Shown here piece by piece: positions 50,157 through 63,688 of a DNA stretch of 64,000 nucleotides; the first letter of the stretch is position 1; every line of letters starts with the position of its first letter. The position numbers and the translations under genes are program-made. The notes below the pieces were generated by a model. That model worked only from the letters and a program-made list of their open reading frames with translations, was not told the DNA's origin and did no database searches. Location of the stretch: NCBI RefSeq assembly GCF_018977255.1, contig NW_024704742.1, forward strand, positions 116,872,001 to 116,936,000, in the 5' to 3' direction. This DNA comes from Callorhinchus milii. Lineage: Eukaryota.

Positions 50157-51381
50157 GTAAGTAGCTCTGGTCCGACAGAGGATTAAATATGCTTTATTTC
50201 CTTTCTTTCACTGTTAATATGGCTCTAACTTCTCTGCATTTGTCCTCCAAATTTTCCTTTCTTGTTCCTCCCAAGCTATAAATAATTTGCACTTCCAGTG
50301 TGCAAATATCGCAAGCAGTTTGAATTTGTGAGATTTGAAAGCTGCCAAAGTCCATAAAAAAGTGTTTGCTTTATGGACGTCACTAGTAAACCTAGCAACT
50401 CAAACATCTTGTAATATTTAAAAATTAGCTCATTAAATCCCATTTGAGTATGATTACATCACTATATATGCCAACCAACTCACAAGTTCAAATCCTGGTC
50501 CTTGCAGAGTCTCAGATGGGGCTGGATGGAGAATATAAATTGGCCTGGACTTTCCAGGTATAGGAAGGAAAACTAGCCAGGAAACGTGCCAGTGGGAGAA
50601 AATTAGAAAAATGAATGTATGGACATACTGTTTAAAATTTTTTTTTTAAAACTCACTACGTGAGACTTCAATTCCAATTAGAGATGTAATTTGCCTAGTA
50701 GAAACACATGGTGAGCGCTTTTCCAGTGATGCGGCACAATCTATTGCTTTCCCAATAGATGAAGGTCACAATCCATGTCTGTTTGAGGATAAATTACTTT
50801 TTTCTTCTAGATTCATTTTGTCCTTTTCTGGCCTTGGTGTTGTCCTACGTGGGTGCGGTCATCCACTTGTTTATTTAAAAATTCTCTGAAATAAACTGGG
50901 AACAGAAAAGGCCATTCCTGTAATCAAACTTAATCCCATGGTTGAGTTTCTGTTCTGGATCCGATTTCCCACCATTCATTCTCTCAGTGCTCAGAGGTGC
51001 CTTGAAATTGAGATTCCTTTTATACAATAACCTTATTTTATGTTTTTACAAACTATCTTTTCTTTATATTTTTGACAGTAATCCTACCTGACATTTACAG
51101 ATTTCCTGTCTATGTTTTTTACAGTAATTCTACCTTTATGTTCAGAGCTGGCTTTGTTTGGATAAATGAGGATTATTGCATTGAATGTCTACATTTATGT
51201 CCCTGCATATCTCTGTATGCTCTAACTAGCATTTCTTATGTTCGTATTGTTCTTATGATTACATGGTTGCCTGCAGCCAAATTCATGTTTTGGTATCTTG
51301 CAACAACTTCTGTTTGTTTTTTTACAATTTTAAGTTCCAATCAAATTAGACGTGTTTAACACTGTTTCTGTTTCCGAGTAG

Positions 51382-51486
<105 letters not shown>

Positions 51487-52439
51487 TGAACGCTTAACCT
51501 ACAAATCATTTTCACACAATTATTGTATGACAAAGTTTTATGATAGACTTGATTTTTGTGGCACCGTGGATTCCCTTTGTCTTGAAGATGTTAAATCGTT
51601 GATAATGCAATGGTTTAATTTTGTTGATGTTAAATCTTGCTGAGATATGGATCCACAGGGCCAATCACTTTCCAGTACTTCCCTCAACTGAGTGTTCTCC
51701 ACGTGTGAGCTCAAGGCAGTGTTACTAGTCGTTTGTGGAGAACATCAGAGCTAAGCCTGATCGTTTCATCACCTGATGCCAACTCATGCACTCTTTCTAG
51801 CAGGAGCCAATGGGTAGTTCTGAGGGGTAGGACCCCTTTCCTCCAGCCCTATGTTAGCCACCTTGATGCTGCCACCTCTGATGTCAGTCAACTCAGCATA
51901 GGCTGGGTTTGAATTGTGCTTTAGTTGCACAATGTATTGTCTATCACCTGCACTATTGCAGGAATGGATGTATTTTTAGATATGATAGAGCGGGATTGCT
52001 TTATTATTGAATATCAGAGATTCAGCTGGAGGGCTTCCTTATATATTCTACCCCTCAAAACATTTATCTATTGGACTGAGTGGAATTCCTTAATTGAATT
52101 CCAAAGACTCTTGAGCTGTTTGCATAATAGCATAGTATGATTAATTCCACCAAACTTCACGTGTTTCCCATTTTACTTATATGGAGGTTAGAAATATAAT
52201 TAAAAGTGATTAAATATGAAGTTGTGCATAATCTGCAAATAATCACAACAAAATAAAACCATATTTGCTATGTGCTGTTCTTAAACATTAATGCAGAAAG
52301 TGCTTGAGAATAATTTTCTTGGCTGTGTTTTATGTTTTTAACCTCCTTCTACATTGGCCAACAAAGTGGCTTCTGTAAACATTCCAGGATTAATAATTGA
52401 CTCTAATCTCATTGCACTTAGCAGGAAAGGCAACTGTCT

Positions 52440-52927
52440 CAGGGCTAGCACACTCGCCGCTAAGTTCAGAAGGTTGTGGGTTCAAACCCCATATACGGAT
52501 TTGGAGTTGCATCGTCTAAGGTGACACTCCAATGCAGTGTTGAGATAATAATAATAATAATAATCCTTGCATTTGATATAGCGCTTTTCACGTCGGGAGG
52601 ACATGAAAAAAAAAGAGATGTGTTACATTGTTGGAGATGCCATCTTTCGGATGAGACTTTAAATCGAGGTCCCATCTGCCTGTTCAGGTGGATGTTAAAG
52701 ATCTCTTGGCACTATTTGAAAAGGGAAGGGAGATTCTCCCGGTGTTCTGGCCAATAGAATAAAATTGGTCACTCACTCCCTGGCTGTTTTGGGGGCATTT
52801 CTGTGCGCAAACTGGCTACTGCATTTCTCCCATAAAATACAGTCAATCCACTTTATAGTATATCCTATGAAGTGAAGTGACATATCTGACATACTTTACA
52901 TATATCAAATGCAAGGACTATTATTAT
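52440..52927 (+). mobile_element. Deu-domain SINE with a nested antisense SINE tail (about 52545-52602)
   Basis: Head AGAAGGTTGTGGGTTCAAACCCC, Deu core, tail; interrupted by (TAA)n-TCCTTGCATTTG...GGAGGAC. Confidence 0.75.
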
Positions 52928-53009
52928 ATCCTCTTAGAACTATCATTTAAACATGAAGGAGATGGGGCAGCTTTATTAGTAAACTAAATGTCTGTTTTTC
53001 TCTCTGAAG

Positions 53010-53108
53010 CATGGAATGGATGCTCTCCTTCTGGCTGCTTGGTTTGGAAACCTGAATATTCTGAAAATGTTGGTTGAAAAAGGCTCAGATCGAAAATCCA
53101 CTAATCAG
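53010..53108 (+). CDS. ANKDD1B: ANKDD1B exon 4 (ankyrin repeat)
   Basis: HGMDALLLAAWFGNLNILKMLVEKGSDRKSTNQ; 99 nt; acceptor CTGAAG|, donor |GTATGT. Confidence 0.9.
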
Positions 53109-53329
53109 GTATGTCTGATATTGGTGATAGGAAGCGGGATTCTTTGTGTTAAGGTCACTCAATTTCTGGTTAGTGAGGTGGCTGACATGGGCAGAAATCC
53201 ATCACATCAGTTAGACTTCGATAAGCAGTTATGTACTATACAGTACTTTCATTTCCCTCTGAATTCTGCTCTGGAATTGCAAATAAATTTCCTTATGCTG
53301 CATGGCTCCTGTGCACAACACCATTAATA

Positions 53330-53470
53330 ATAACAAAACACAAAATACTGCAGATGCTGGAATCTGAAACAAAAACAGAGAGAGCTGGGAAAACTCAGCA
53401 GGTCAGGCAGCATCTATGGAGAAAGGAAAGTGAGTCAACGTTTTGGGTCCACGACCCTTCGTCAGAACTG
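53330..53470 (-). mobile_element. Penelope-like element terminal relic with a hammerhead-like motif
   Basis: ACTGCAGATGCTGGAATCTGAAACAAAAACAG...CTCAGCAGGTCAGGCAGCATCT...GACCCTTCGTCAGAACTG; more decayed relatives at about 37480-37630 and 46230-46370. The family assignment is from recall. Confidence 0.6.
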
Positions 53471-54439
53471 GCCCATTAATAATAGGCCAGTATTCCTCAA
53501 CCTCTTTCATTGCAAGGTAATATCAAGGTGGGCAGAGGAGTAATTTGAGCGATTCAAAGAGAACAAAATGCTATTTCCTGGTTTCACTTGCCAGACTGTA
53601 CATTTCCCCCTCTCTCCCCTTTGGTGAGCTCCTGGGTCAGTCGCTAATACCATGGAGGTTGTATGTCCACGCTTATACTCTAAAGCTCTGCCTCAACAGT
53701 GCTGATACTCTGTACGGTCTGAGCCATGATGGTAACCTAATGCCTATCGCTGGTTAAACTCCCAACAGCACCTCACTGCACATTCTGGGTCCCCAAGCCT
53801 TGTTTTTGAGACATCTTGACGATGTAATAAGGCACTATATCAAATGTAATAATTATTATTACATTTTGGCATTAGAAGAACAGGGTATGTCTTTGCTCTC
53901 ATATTTAATAAATATCCCTGTATAGCATAAATGGTAAAGGACCTCTGATTGCTGGCTATAATCAAACTGCTTAAGTTTTGGTCCCATAGCTATTGATGTT
54001 ACTTGAACAGCTTCATTGAATTACCGCCTAGTAATATACACCCACGTGTTCAGTATCCTGCATAGTATACTCTCCAGTGAAACTGTGTCCATATTGTTCT
54101 GTAGTTCTGAAATCAGAATAGCATTTCCTATTCATCAATTTGTGTTATTTCAGCTCTGCTATTAACAGCAGCTTGTATTTATAAGGTATCTCAAAGCCAT
54201 TCATGATCATTGTTCTGATGTTAAAACCAGATTCTAAAACATTACAGATGCTAAACTGTGTAATTTAATCCAGGATTCAATAGTTTATAAGCCATTATGC
54301 TTTGCTCTGTTCCTTCTGATGAGATCTGAGCTCCTCCATTAGATTACAGGCTGGTGACTCACCCTGAATTCTCCATATCCCAGTGGATATGCTGTTGATT
54401 CCTTTTCAATTCTTTCATTGATGTTCTTTCAAACTCCCC

Positions 54440-54870
54440 CGTCAAGAGTTTGAGCTCATCGTCTAGCCTGATACTGCAGTGCATTGGTGGGGGGAGCACT
54501 GCACTGTTGGAGGTGACCTCTTTCAGATGAGATATTAAAACTGAAGTCCCATTTACCTATTTAGGTGGATGGTAACAATCCCATGGCACTATTCAAAAAG
54601 GGAAGGGAATTGTTATTGGTGTCCTGGTCAACAATCCTCCAGATAAAATTGGTCATTCACTTCATAGCTGTTAGTCGTACATGGCTGTTTGTGGTTCATG
54701 GCTGTGTGTGGGTCATGGCTGTTTGTGATCCATGGCTGTTTGTGATACATTGGATGCCACTTTCGCTGACCAACACACCTTCACTACACTTCACAGTAAA
54801 AATCTTGTAAAGCACTTTAGAGACATTTTGATAACAAGACAAGGTACAGTATCAAATGTAAGGATTGTTA
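54440..54870 (+). mobile_element. Deu-domain SINE
   Basis: Deu core plus tail, with an internal CATGGCTGTTTGTG tandem expansion. Confidence 0.7.
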
Positions 54871-55834
54871 TTGATAATTGGGAAAATAAAGAACACATCT
54901 ACAATCAGTTGAAATTGATTTGTGGCTTTCTGCTTTTCATAACCACATAAACATGACGGGCTAATTCGAAAGCCCTTAAATCCTTTAATACAAATGTAAA
55001 GATTCTTACTTTTTATTCCATTATTACAGTCCAGTGCACAATAAATAGCACGCTCCAGCCAGCCAGAATTGTGAATTGTTAACATTAGCCAGATTCTGGG
55101 GAAAATTTGTTGCTCATGGCATCACAGGTTACAAGGATGTAATATCATTGTGAAGATTACATAGCTCATGTCTGCACTTTTATAGCCACCTGAATCAGTA
55201 GATTAAAGATTAATAATTTTTAATCATATTTCTAATCTCCATATATTGTTAACCTTTTAAAGTAATTATTTTTATTTGTGGTGCTTACAACACATGTACT
55301 GGCAGCATCACCATGAAATATAGCATATACAATTGAGAAATGACAGCTTTTCAATAAAAAAAATAATTCTCATATTCATATCGTAAATGAGAGGCTCATA
55401 TATTCTAAACATGGGGTAGAACATCCCAAGGGAGGAGTTGAAAGAGAATCAAGGGAGTTGGTTGATTAAATGTATATGATGTTAAATGGGATAGAGGAAG
55501 TAAACCCAGGACAATACTTTCAGATATGCCAAGGCAGCAGAATAATAGGTCACAGGTTCAGAGTTATAAACTGCAATTTTACAATAGATAGACGCCAGGA
55601 AGTATTTCTTTACACAAGGTTTTCAACAGCTGGAACTTGTAGGTAGGAAAGGTCAGAAAGGACACAAGGCTCATTTAAGAAACCGTTTGATGTTGAAATG
55701 GGAAGACGGAATATTGGCATTCTGGATGGATCAGATCTAATGGGCTGAAGGGCCTTCTCCCTCCGAACCTCCCTTGTGGTCTCACAGAATTGCTCTGCAA
55801 CGTGAGCATTGGTTCAGATAAAAATTGTGATTTG

Positions 55835-56235
55835 ATATAATAATCCTTACATTTGGTAAAGCGCCACTCACGTTGGGAAAGTATTTCACAGAATTTACTG
55901 CAAAAAGGTGCAGTGACTGTGTTTTTTGTGGGCAAGCACAACAGTCAATTTGCACACAGCAGTGTCCCACAAACAACCATGGAGCTGAACCAATTTTATT
56001 TGGGTTTATCATTCTTTTTAAATAGTGCCATGGGATCTTTAATGTCCATCTGGACAGTCAGACAGGGCCTCAGTTTAACATCTCATCCAATAATGGCATC
56101 CCAACAACGTATCATACTCCAACATGTATTGGAGTGTCAGCTTAGACTATATGAGTTCCAAGTCCCGATGTGGAGCTTGAACCCATGACTTTTTGACTCA
56201 GAAACGAGAGTGTTACCAACTGAACCAGACTGACA
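55835..56235 (-). mobile_element. Deu-domain SINE, near full length
   Basis: Head, Deu core and tail in reverse. Confidence 0.75.
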
Positions 56236-56448
56236 AACAATGCATTAAGTATACCTCACCCACAGCTTCATTGTATGTGAATTATCAGGTGAGCTCACTC
56301 ATGGGCTAAAAACATTTTCATTCAGAGAGATCAGATTATTGGTCTGAATTTGATGTGCTGGATGACATAACATCCAGTTTATCTGAACCTCTTGTGATCT
56401 TGCAGTGTCAATTTCATGGCGGGAATCATGTTTAGAACCACCTGTGAT

Positions 56449-56832
56449 TAATAATAATATGCTTGCATTTGATATAGCGCCTTATCACGTCTTTGAGATG
56501 TCTCAAAGCGCTTCACAAAATATACTATAAAATGAATTAACTGTATATTCTGTGGGCAAAATGCGACAGTCAATTGTGCAGAGCAGTGTTCCACAAACAG
56601 TCGTGGATTAAATGACCAAATCATTATTGTTATTTTTGAAGGGATTAATACCCCAGGGAAAGCGATCCATCAATTGACTAACAACCGGATTCCTATTAAC
56701 TGCTAGGTAAACAGAGACGTGTGGAATAAGGAAACTTGCCTAACATTTTGCCCTGCCTAGGAATCAAACCCAGGTACTCTTGCAGGTCCTCTTGCTTGCG
56801 AGGCGAGTGCTCTAACCAATAATCTACAGACT
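56449..56832 (-). mobile_element. tRNA-derived SINE, long variant
   Basis: Same structure as 25960-26342. Confidence 0.85.
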
Positions 56833-57081
56833 TCAAAAGTGCATTTTTCTCCCATGTGATCTGGAGCACAAGATAATTTGGTTATCGATTTCATCATGTA
56901 ATTCCTTCTTTACATATGTATTTACATGTGGTTTACACATCTTGCATAATGGATCCTGCTGTACACCTGTATTTACACGTTTCCCAAAATAGATCCCAGT
57001 AGTTTTGGAGTAGAATTCATACTGTTTGTGATTTTGCCACACCAATGAAGAAACTTAATAGAGTGTGTGTTTTTTCTTTAG

Positions 57082-57183
57082 GAAGGAATGAACATGCTGC
57101 ACTGCGCTGCACAAAATAATCACTCTTTAATTGTGGAATACATCATTAAGGATCTGCAGCTGGATTTGAATAAGCCCATTGAG
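57082..57183 (+). CDS. ANKDD1B: ANKDD1B exon 5 (ankyrin repeat)
   Basis: EGMNMLHCAAQNNHSLIVEYIIKDLQLDLNKPIE; 102 nt; acceptor TTTAG|, donor |GTATTT. Confidence 0.9.
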
Positions 57184-57989
57184 GTATTTAGTTCTCAACT
57201 GTAATTATAAACAGAGCTGTTATAGGAAGGTCATGACCCAACTGTGCAGCGCCTTGGGACGTCCTCCTGACGTGAAAGGCGCTTTATAAATGGAATCTTG
57301 TTGTTGTTGTTGTTGTTGTTGTCATTGCAACGGATTCATCAACATTAAAAGAGAAATTTCACAAATGGCGTGCTGCTTAAGTTTGATTTGAAGACTGGCT
57401 AAGAATGTTTAGTGTAGGATATAGGGGCCAGTGTAGGAGAAATGTGACAGGCAATGATAGATATCAGCTGTTGACTTAAGTGTGTATTGTGTGAACTGAC
57501 ACTAATATGCTGTGATCCACTGGGAGGCAACTTCAATCTCTCCTCACGGTGACTCAATTGGCCCAGCCATCTTGACAATGTCGCCCACAAATTAATGCAA
57601 GGATTATTATTATTATGTTGGTGTCGATGTTTATTGGTTGAGAAATGGATAAGGACACAATGCCCAATAATTTAATGATTATCAAAATTTTCACTCCAAA
57701 CACTTCTCTGTTTACTTTAGGGAAGAAAGGAATTGAATCTGTCATCATGAAATGAAATGGTTTTGGTAGAATCCATGGCTTGACTTACAAAGGAAACAAC
57801 ACAACAACTTGCATTTATATAGTGCCCTTCACATGGGGTAGTGTCCTAAAGCGCTTCACAGTGGTAGAAAGTCCACTCAGCAGCGAAGCTTTGGGCAGTT
57901 GAATGAATCATCACCACAATTTTCATCTCAATATTCCAAGTGTCTCCACCCTAGGAATTTGCAAGAAGTTCCACCCTTTAAGTTATTAA

Positions 57990-58900
57990 GATCCTCACCT
58001 ACAAGGCCATTCACGGCCTTGCTCCCTCCTACCTCTCCGACCTACTATCCCCCTACCTACCTGCCCATACCCTCCGTTCCTCTGGCTCCGGTCTGCTCCA
58101 CATCCCCCGCCCCAACCGCCCTACCATCGGTGGCCGGGCCTTCAGCCTCTCAGCCCCTAGGCTCTGGAACTCTATCCCCCAGTGCCTTTGCCTTGCTTCC
58201 TCCCTCCTTCAAGGCCGGTCTGAAGACCTTTCTCTTTGACCGTGCCTTCAGCTCCCCTCTCGACTCTCTTCCCCCTCCTCTCTCCCTCCCTTCCCTCCCC
58301 TCATCCTGACCATTTCCCCCCTGCTCGGGTCCTGACCCAACTGTACAATGCCTTGGGACGTCCTCCCGACGTGAAAGGCGCTCAAGAAATGGAATCTTGT
58401 TGTTGTTGATGTATTTATGAACAATGTAAACCATGACGAATTTAGAAATAAACACTCTTGAGAATTCCTCTGTTCACTACCACAGAGGAGCTTGTTTTTC
58501 TTTTATTAACATCTTTCTTTTATGATTATCCGATCTGCTAACCCCACATCAACCCGTCCGCTCCCTCCGCTCAGCAGGCTTGGCCTGCTCCATGTCCCAA
58601 CACCCAGCCCGCCAGCCCCCACCATCGACAGACGGGCTTTCAGGCTCTCTGGCCCCACCCTCTGGAACTCCAACCCACATTCCCTTTGCCTCGCTCCCTC
58701 CCCTGCCTCCTTCAAGGCACGCCTCAAGATCCTCCTCTTCAACTGTGCTTTCGGCCACCCTTCTACCCTCTCTGCCCTCCACTCTCCCTGATCTCAACCC
58801 CCCACACTTGGGTCCTAACCCTTAATTCCCTGACTGCTTAGCACCTTGCGACATCCTCCAAATGTGAAAGGCACTTTACAAATATAATTTTGTATTGTAT
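57990..58900 (+). mobile_element. Two tandem L2 LINE 3' fragments
   Basis: Copies at about 57990-58410 and 58525-58900, each ending in the L2 tail stem-loop. Confidence 0.85.
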
Positions 58901-59031
58901 TGTATCTTCTGCATCTTATCCTCAATGCAACATTCCTGCATTCAGAGACTTGCGCTGGTCCAGTAAAAGATGAGGCAGTGTTTGCAAGGTGCAAGTTACT
59001 CACACTCAGACTTTTCTACATTTTCTTTCAG

Positions 59032-59130
59032 CAAGGTAAGAAACCATATCACTTGGCTGTTGAAAATGGGCATGTCGAAATGGAAATGCTGTTGAGGGAA
59101 TTTGCATGTAGCACACAGGAGAAGGACAAG
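59032..59130 (+). CDS. ANKDD1B: ANKDD1B exon 6 (ankyrin repeat)
   Basis: QGKKPYHLAVENGHVEMEMLLREFACSTQEKDK; 99 nt; acceptor TTTCAG|, donor |GTAATA. Confidence 0.9.
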
Positions 59131-59723
59131 GTAATAATCCCTGAATGCCTCCCACTGCTGTCACTTCTGTGTTGCTTTTTGTATTTTGCTTTTTTATTTA
59201 AATCTTCATCCTTTTCCTCTGATGTCAACTCTTCATCCTTTTCCTCTGATGGAATTTTATCAACAATACGAGTTATCAAGAAAAGAGGCAACTCTTTCTA
59301 CACATCTTTATGTAATATCTGGGAGGTTTTGAACTCTTATTCATACGTTTCTAGTACCATAACATCTGTTCTACATCCTCGCTCTAAATCTATATCTTTA
59401 GTCTATCTTATAGCGGTGTGAGTTATAGGTTTTCATTTAGACTCTAAAATATTATATACTTGAAAACTCCTTCCTTGTTGTTTTGTCTATCGCTTTTCCG
59501 GGGGTAATAATCCCTTGAAAAAAAATTTGGTCACTCAATCCACGACTGTTTGTGGGACACTTGGCTGCCATGTTTCACCCACAAGCCATACAGTCAATTC
59601 ACTTTACAGTATATTCCTTAAAGTGCTTTGAGACATCTTGAAAATGTGAAAAAACGCTATATAAAATGCAAGGTTTCTTATTCTTATTATAGCTGCAGAG
59701 TTGATGTGTGAAATTGGTCATGA

Positions 59724-59870
<147 letters not shown>

Positions 59871-60572
59871 TAACTACTCTAGAATTAGGGGGCATGGAGT
59901 TGAGTACAAGGGAAAATAGAACAAGGGAAATGGACTTCATAAGGTGATATGGTTACAGACTCAAGAACAAGAAGAAATGGTCTCCAGAGCAAGAGGAACA
60001 ATGGGAGACTATCCTCCTTTGGAGGCAGAGCTGGCTTCAAGGTGACAGATTTGGCAACAGAATATCTGAATAGAGTTGACTCTGTTTGGCAGTCTTTGTA
60101 ATTCAGCTCCTGAGCCAGTTGGGTTAACAGTATTCTAAGATACTGCTGATGATACCACATACACATTTTATGTAGAGTAGAGGCTGTGTGTCATTTATGT
60201 GTCAAATGTTTGTGTGAAAGATTTTATCTGCTTAAGCAACACATGATGCTGTGAAATCATTTCCTTATTTTTGGATGTTTAAAGCACCATAATGGTTTTG
60301 TACTCAAATGGTGCAACTATCATATGGACTAGTATTGATGTAGAATCCTCTTCCACCACCTATTCCTTCAAGTCATTGCTCCTTGACCATGGCTTTTGGT
60401 CGCTAGTCCTTACCCTTTGGCTCCCAATCCTACTATCTACTTACCTACCTCACTATAATGCATTACAAAAGAGCTTGTGCTATAACTTCTAATTGTCTAG
60501 ATTGCAAAGCCTGTGAAGGTTTGCAAATGTTTTTCAGATACACATTAATTAACAGTGTCATCTTCCTACTAG

Positions 60573-60671
60573 GAGGGCCAGACTGCATTCTACCTTGCTG
60601 TCTTAGGAGGACATCAGGAATGTGTCCAAATGCTGCTTGACTCAGGCAGTGACATCAACACATTGGCAAAG
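60573..60671 (+). CDS. ANKDD1B: ANKDD1B exon 8 (ankyrin repeat); gene continues beyond the window
   Basis: EGQTAFYLAVLGGHQECVQMLLDSGSDINTLAK; 99 nt; acceptor ACTAG|, donor |GTACCT. No death-domain exon is seen before 64000. Confidence 0.88.
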
Positions 60672-60844
60672 GTACCTCAGATGCATTGCACTCTATATCA
60701 CACATCCACTCTTCATTAGGTTCTTTTTAACAGACGTGTAATTTAATTATGATACTTGCATTTGATATGCAACAACAACAACAACTTGCACTTATATTGC
60801 ACCCTCCACCCAGGGTAGCATCTTAGAGCAATATACTACTACTA

Positions 60845-61995
60845 CTACTACTAATAATAATAATCCTTGTATTGACATAGCACCTTATCACATCTTCAAG
60901 ACGCCTCAAAGTGCTTCTCAGAATATACTGTAAAGTGAATTGACTGTATATTTGCGAGTGAAATGCGGCAGCCAATTGTGCCACAGCAGTGTCTCACGAA
61001 CCGTCGTGGATTGAGTGACCAAATTATTATTGACCAAACATAGCACCTTATCACATCATTGAAATATTTCAAAATGGTTTCCAGGATTTAATATGAATTT
61101 TAGCGACTGTATATTTGTAGGTGAACACAGCTGCTAATTTTTGCACAGGAACATCCTACAAATCAGCCAGGTAATGAATGACAAATTTTATCTAAGGGAC
61201 TATTGGCCAGGACACTGGGAAAAATTCTCTTCTGCTTTCGAGTAATGTCATGGCATCATTAATATCCACCTGAACAGGAAAATGGGACATTGAATTGTCC
61301 TTTCATCCAAAGGACAAGACCTACAATACAGAACTTCCTCAGCAGTGCATTGTAGAATCAATCTGGAGCTCAAGTCCTGATGTGGGGCTTGAACTTTCAC
61401 TTCTGACTCAGAGGCAAGAATGCTACCACTGAGCCAGGTAGACACCTTATTTACGTATTTCATAGTTCACCTTCGTGCTCATATTATTTTGTGTTTTCAG
61501 ATTTCTTTTTATTAGTAAATTAAGAACTAGATTGGAACTCATAGTCTAAGTTTGCTGAGAGGTGACTTATTGTTGGAGGTGGTGTCCTTCAAACAAAGTA
61601 TTAAACCAGGCCTGTCTGCCTTGTAGCACCGTTTAATAATAATAATCCTTGCATTTGATATAGCACTTTATCAAATCTTCGAGACTTCTAAAAACACTTC
61701 AGAGAATATACTGTAAAGTGAATTGACTGTATATTTTGTGGGTGAAACACGGCAGCCAATTGCACACAGCAGTGTCCCACAAACAGTCGTGGATTGAAGT
61801 GACCAATTTATTATTATTATTTCTTCTGAAAATATTTTACCCCTGGAAAAGCGATCCGGCAATCAACTAACAACCAGGTTTCTACATGACACTAGGAAAA
61901 TAGGGGACATGTGGAGTAAGGAAACTTGCCCAACATTTCGCCCTGCTGGGAATCGAACCCAGGTCTCTCGCTTGTGAGGGAGCTACAGGAATCCA
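60845..61995 (-). mobile_element. Cluster of antisense SINEs (partial tRNA-SINE, Deu SINE, long-variant SINE)
   Basis: Copies at about 60845-61030, 61040-61445 and 61635-61995. Confidence 0.8.
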
Positions 61996-62334
61996 CATTT
62001 AAAAAGCAGTTTCTCCTGGTGTTCTGGCCAACAGTCCCTCAGATAAAACTTGTCATTCATTTCATGACTGTTTGTGGAATATTTCTGAGCAAAAATTAGT
62101 AATAATTGGTATTCATCTAACATAACATGTAGGAGCAGGAGTAGGCCATTCGGCCCTACGAGCCTGCCCCGCCATTCAATCATGGCTGATCTTCTAATCT
62201 AACTCCAGCTAATAACCTGACCCTGCCTTATCCCCATATCTCTTAATCCCTTTTGCAATAAGAAATCTATCTATCTCAGTCTTGAATATAAATCTCTACA
62301 AATCTATACATATATATTATATATATTTATTTTG

Positions 62335-63160
62335 GTCAGCTGGGTGTCTGACACAAGAAGAAACCAATCACCATGTTTAAGAGTATCCAAACCAAGCTGA
62401 GATTTTCATGCATCCCACCTACACATGGAAATCCCAGAGATAGATTGTGGAATGGAATGTGCACACTCTCCCTGGAGAGATGCATCCTGCTTAGCTAATT
62501 CTGGAAAGTATTTGGTGCAGGTTGGCAAGAGCCAAGGCTTGGGGACCCAAGAGTGTGCTTTGGGGTATTAGTGGAGTCGAACCAGCTAAAACAACATAGC
62601 TTTCCATTGATATTGCTGTCTGACTAGCTTTCCCACTGTTTGTCCAGCGAGGACCACCCTACCCAATTAGGGCTTTGGGTTGCCAGGTTACCAAGGGCTG
62701 AGTGGAATGACTCCCTGCCCAGAGTGAAGCTTTCGGGGATGCCGCCCGGCGTGGAGAGCGCTGTATAAATGCAAGTTGTTGTTTTTGTTTGCCCTTCTGG
62801 GTTCTGCTGATGAGCTGATGTGCTGTCATCAGCAATGCTCTGGAATACAGTGGACTTGCCTGGCTCAGGAACAGGACTTCCGAGACCGCCACAGATGGCT
62901 GGCTCGATTTCAACATTGTGTTGCCAAGCATGTCACCTTGGAGTTAATTCAGCTCCAAGGAGACCCTGCTTACTTCACCCCCCACCCCCTCCCAGGAAGA
63001 TAGTCACTAGGTGATCGTTCAACATCTGACAAACGCAGGTTTGAGCCTCACTAGGTGAATCATAGCTACAAGGAACTCCCTGTGAGCTGCCCGGTGGCCA
63101 ACGAAACTCAGCATAAAATGTGTGAGAACATTGCCACCATCTTACTGTCTGCAGCTCGGG
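62335..63160. mobile_element. Unclassified interspersed repeat, longest copy, with a nested L2-type tail (about 62690-62790)
   Basis: Collinear with 21350-21960. Confidence 0.7.
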
Positions 63161-63688
63161 CACACGTCCCTTCCCATTGAGGAAGCTCCAGCCTTCTCCT
63201 TGTCCCCCAATCTCTCCATTCTACTGCTTTCAACCATTTCACCCCAAAACTCTGGAACAGTCTCCCTCAATTCCTTCATCTTTCCCCATCTTCAGGATAG
63301 CACCTGAAGGCCTTTCTCTTTGACTGTGCTTATGGTCACGTGCTTCCTCCCCTTGGCTCAGAGTCGTGCTCTGCCACTGTCAAGCGCTCTGGGACCCTAC
63401 CCTACATAAGGGTTGCTATATAAATGCATGCTGTTGTTGTTGCAATCTTGACTGGTCTTGAAGGTGTGTTGGAATGCCACCTCCCCCCAACAATGGGATC
63501 CATCAGATGCTCGCAGCTCATGGTATTGCATTGCCAGTTAGCAAGTCAAGAATACACAATGAATCATATTAAAGCCAGAGTAAATGTCAGTTTATCCCCA
63601 GATTTGCTTCACATAAAACTCTACCAACTAAGTGTCAGAGACTTTCATTCCACTTTGTCTGGGCTGGATTTGATGCCAGATCCCAGGA

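Noticed and set aside
62800..62840. CTGATGAG plus stem as a hammerhead ribozyme
   Set aside because: No GAAA after the stem; the related copy at about 21712-21740 shows it is a simple hairpin in a repeat.
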